Source: Selaginella moellendorffii (taxonomy: Eukaryota; Plantae; Lycopodiophyta). Taken from it: a stretch of 20,893 nucleotides of DNA. The position numbers and the translations under genes were made by a program. The first letter of the stretch is position 1, and each line of letters starts with the position of its first letter. Positions 19,250 to 20,893 of the stretch are shown piece after piece. The stretch lies in assembly GCF_000143415.4 (NCBI RefSeq), contig NW_003314506.1, forward strand, positions 1 through 20,893, read 5' to 3'. The notes below the pieces were generated by a model, which saw only the letters and a program-made list of their open reading frames with translations, was not told the origin of the DNA and ran no database searches.

Positions 19250-20469
19250 TGTTTAAGTCTACTACATAAGTAGTGAGAATGTTTCTAAGCTCTGTAGCAG
19301 CAACATGAGGCTCCGGTCACCAGCCTTGTGGTTGATTAGTCATTGGCTCAGGCTCAATGTCTATTTCTCCTATGTTGGAGTTGCAATAACATAACTGTTT
19401 TGAGGAAGAGTTCATTCTACAGAAAAGCTCAATCAGGTGGGATTCTTAATGGACCAGCAGTCTCAAAAGGCCAATAGTACATCATCAAAGACTTAGGATA
19501 CTACAAGCTTCTGTGGTTGGTTATACCATTTCCAAGTGCAAATGGAATTGAATTGAGAGAAGCATTTAACTTTTACTTGTTGTTTTTGAGGATGGTATGT
19601 GAGAAAAGTTTCAGATTGCTTAAAGGTCATTGGAGGATGTTTAGGAAGCTAGTTGAAGTTGAGACCATCACTCAGCTAACAGTTGCCATAAAAACAGCTT
19701 GCATTTTGCATAACTTCATTATTGGTATAGGTGAGGATCTCCAACTCGAATATCTAGAGACCTTGCTTCACTATTCATGATTTCTTGCATGACAATTGAG
19801 TAATCCTTGTCGTTGTTGTAATAATCATTTGCAAAAGCATTTCTAGGAAGCTCAACTTTGAAATGTGTGTAGTCAATTGCACCACAGCAATTTGGGAAGC
19901 CATGAAGACTCTTGAAACTTATTTTTACTGCTGATAGATCTACTGGCCACACAAGAAATTGTCTTAAATGCTGGAATAGGAAACTTCTGACAATACTTTT
20001 GGACAGTTGCTTTAGAAACACTGAAATGCTCTACTAAACTAGCAAAAGATAAAGCAATGGCAACTTGCTTACCAACATGAACATATCTAGATGGAATGTT
20101 TCTCAAACTTAGAGGTGGTGCTATTTGCATTGATGGAGTAACAAATTCATAGATTGTCATGAACTATTCCTTAAAAACTCTGAAGAACTCTCTCCACCTT
20201 GTTGGATTTTGCATTTCAAACTTGTCCACCCAATGACAAGACCTTGGTTTGATATAGAAATCTCCCTCTTGAAATAAGTTCAATTGCAACGAATTCCCAA
20301 CTACTGCCAAGCACATGTGATAATACACTAGCACTGATTGTTGTTGAAGAGCAACTTCAAGCCTCTCATCCTCAAGATATTTTCTAAGACACTTTCTAGA
20401 TCTTTTATAAGCAACAACCAACTGTTCATCCCATATGAACCCTAATGATGTAGCATTAATCAATGACAA
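19250..20469 (-). pseudogene. PIF/Harbinger DDE transposase (HARBI1/DDE_Tnp_4-like) pseudogene with an internal inversion
   Basis: Minus strand: WREFFRV, KQVAIAL, FSVSKATV, GFPNCCGAIDYTH, YSIVMQ, DIRVGDP. Plus strand (19397-19738): VLRKSSFY, YIIKDLGY, WLVIPF, EKSFRLLKGHW, ACILHNF. Minus-strand tail: AATELRNILTTY. Confidence 0.92.
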
Positions 20470-20748
20470 ATCAGCATTGACTTAACTTGATTTTAAAATA
20501 TTCTAGAATAATCTAACATAGATGATGGTTACATGTACCGTCATTTTATCACCGTCAGCAGACTGTGACAGTCACATGTGCAGCATCTATAAAGCCATTA
20601 AAGATTGGCCTTTAGTCGGGGGCGGAAAGTTTGTTTTTAAGGCGGGGGGAGAAATTTCCAGGTAATAAAAGGGTGAAAAAACGGCCCCCAAAAGCACCAA
20701 AGGATTATACCCAGACAACGGTGGCTAGGGTTAACAGGATCTGAGACT

Positions 20749-20893
20749 ATGGAGGAGATTGTAGAGTTCATCGAAGACATAGATGGAGCAGAAGGTTGCG
20801 AGTTCTATCTTAACGATGGTAGAGTGGCAGTAAATGATGTTCTCCAGGAGTTCTTGGCTGTTTCTATCATTGTGAAGCTCAATGGGCAAGGCA
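20749..20893 (+). CDS. Possible start of an ORF divergent from the Harbinger transposase; runs off the window
   Basis: ATG at 20749 and 48 open codons (MEEIVEFIEDIDGAEGCEFYLNDGRVAVNDVLQEFLAVSIIVKLNGQG), preceded by a G-rich promoter-like spacer at ~20610-20735. Confidence 0.3.
   Translation, partial: MEEIVEFIEDIDGAEGCEFYLNDGRVAVNDVLQEFLAVSIIVKLNGQG

Noticed and set aside
19180-20620. Harbinger terminal inverted repeats
   Set aside because: No matching inverted pair with a 3-bp TSD could be identified by eye, so the element ends are left undefined.

Overview
This is eukaryotic, land-plant-type DNA made almost entirely of nested, decayed transposons. Introns of about 63-65 nt and the TE types suggest a non-seed plant such as a lycophyte, but that is inference. 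No intact gene is visible. From left to right: (1) a minus-strand Ty3/gypsy chromovirus-like element with heavily decayed gag, integrase-tail and chromodomain remnants, an iMet PBS and a 556-bp LTR carrying four G-box/ABRE motifs. This LTR has a PPT on its upstream side, and the block 3885-5756 is repeated almost perfectly with a 1885-bp period. (2) A plus-strand TRIM whose PPT-LTR junction is amplified four times and whose 5' LTR is reduced to about 11 bp; it truncates a MULE transposase fragment. (3) A plus-strand L1/Tx1-type LINE (ORF1 and APE-RT ORF2, both dead) running into a 372-N gap. (4) An LTR-like segment and a solo TRIM LTR with a CATGC TSD, which together form a 60-bp hairpin. (5) AT-rich old TE debris, including an inverted copy of 241-853. 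(6) An intron-containing COG2 pseudogene fragment. (7) A PIF/Harbinger transposase pseudogene whose middle ~340 bp is inverted in place, followed by a divergent ORF that runs off the window. I found no convincing new protein-coding system. The most unusual signals are structural: the retroelement architectures, the intragenic inversion and a possible gene capture.
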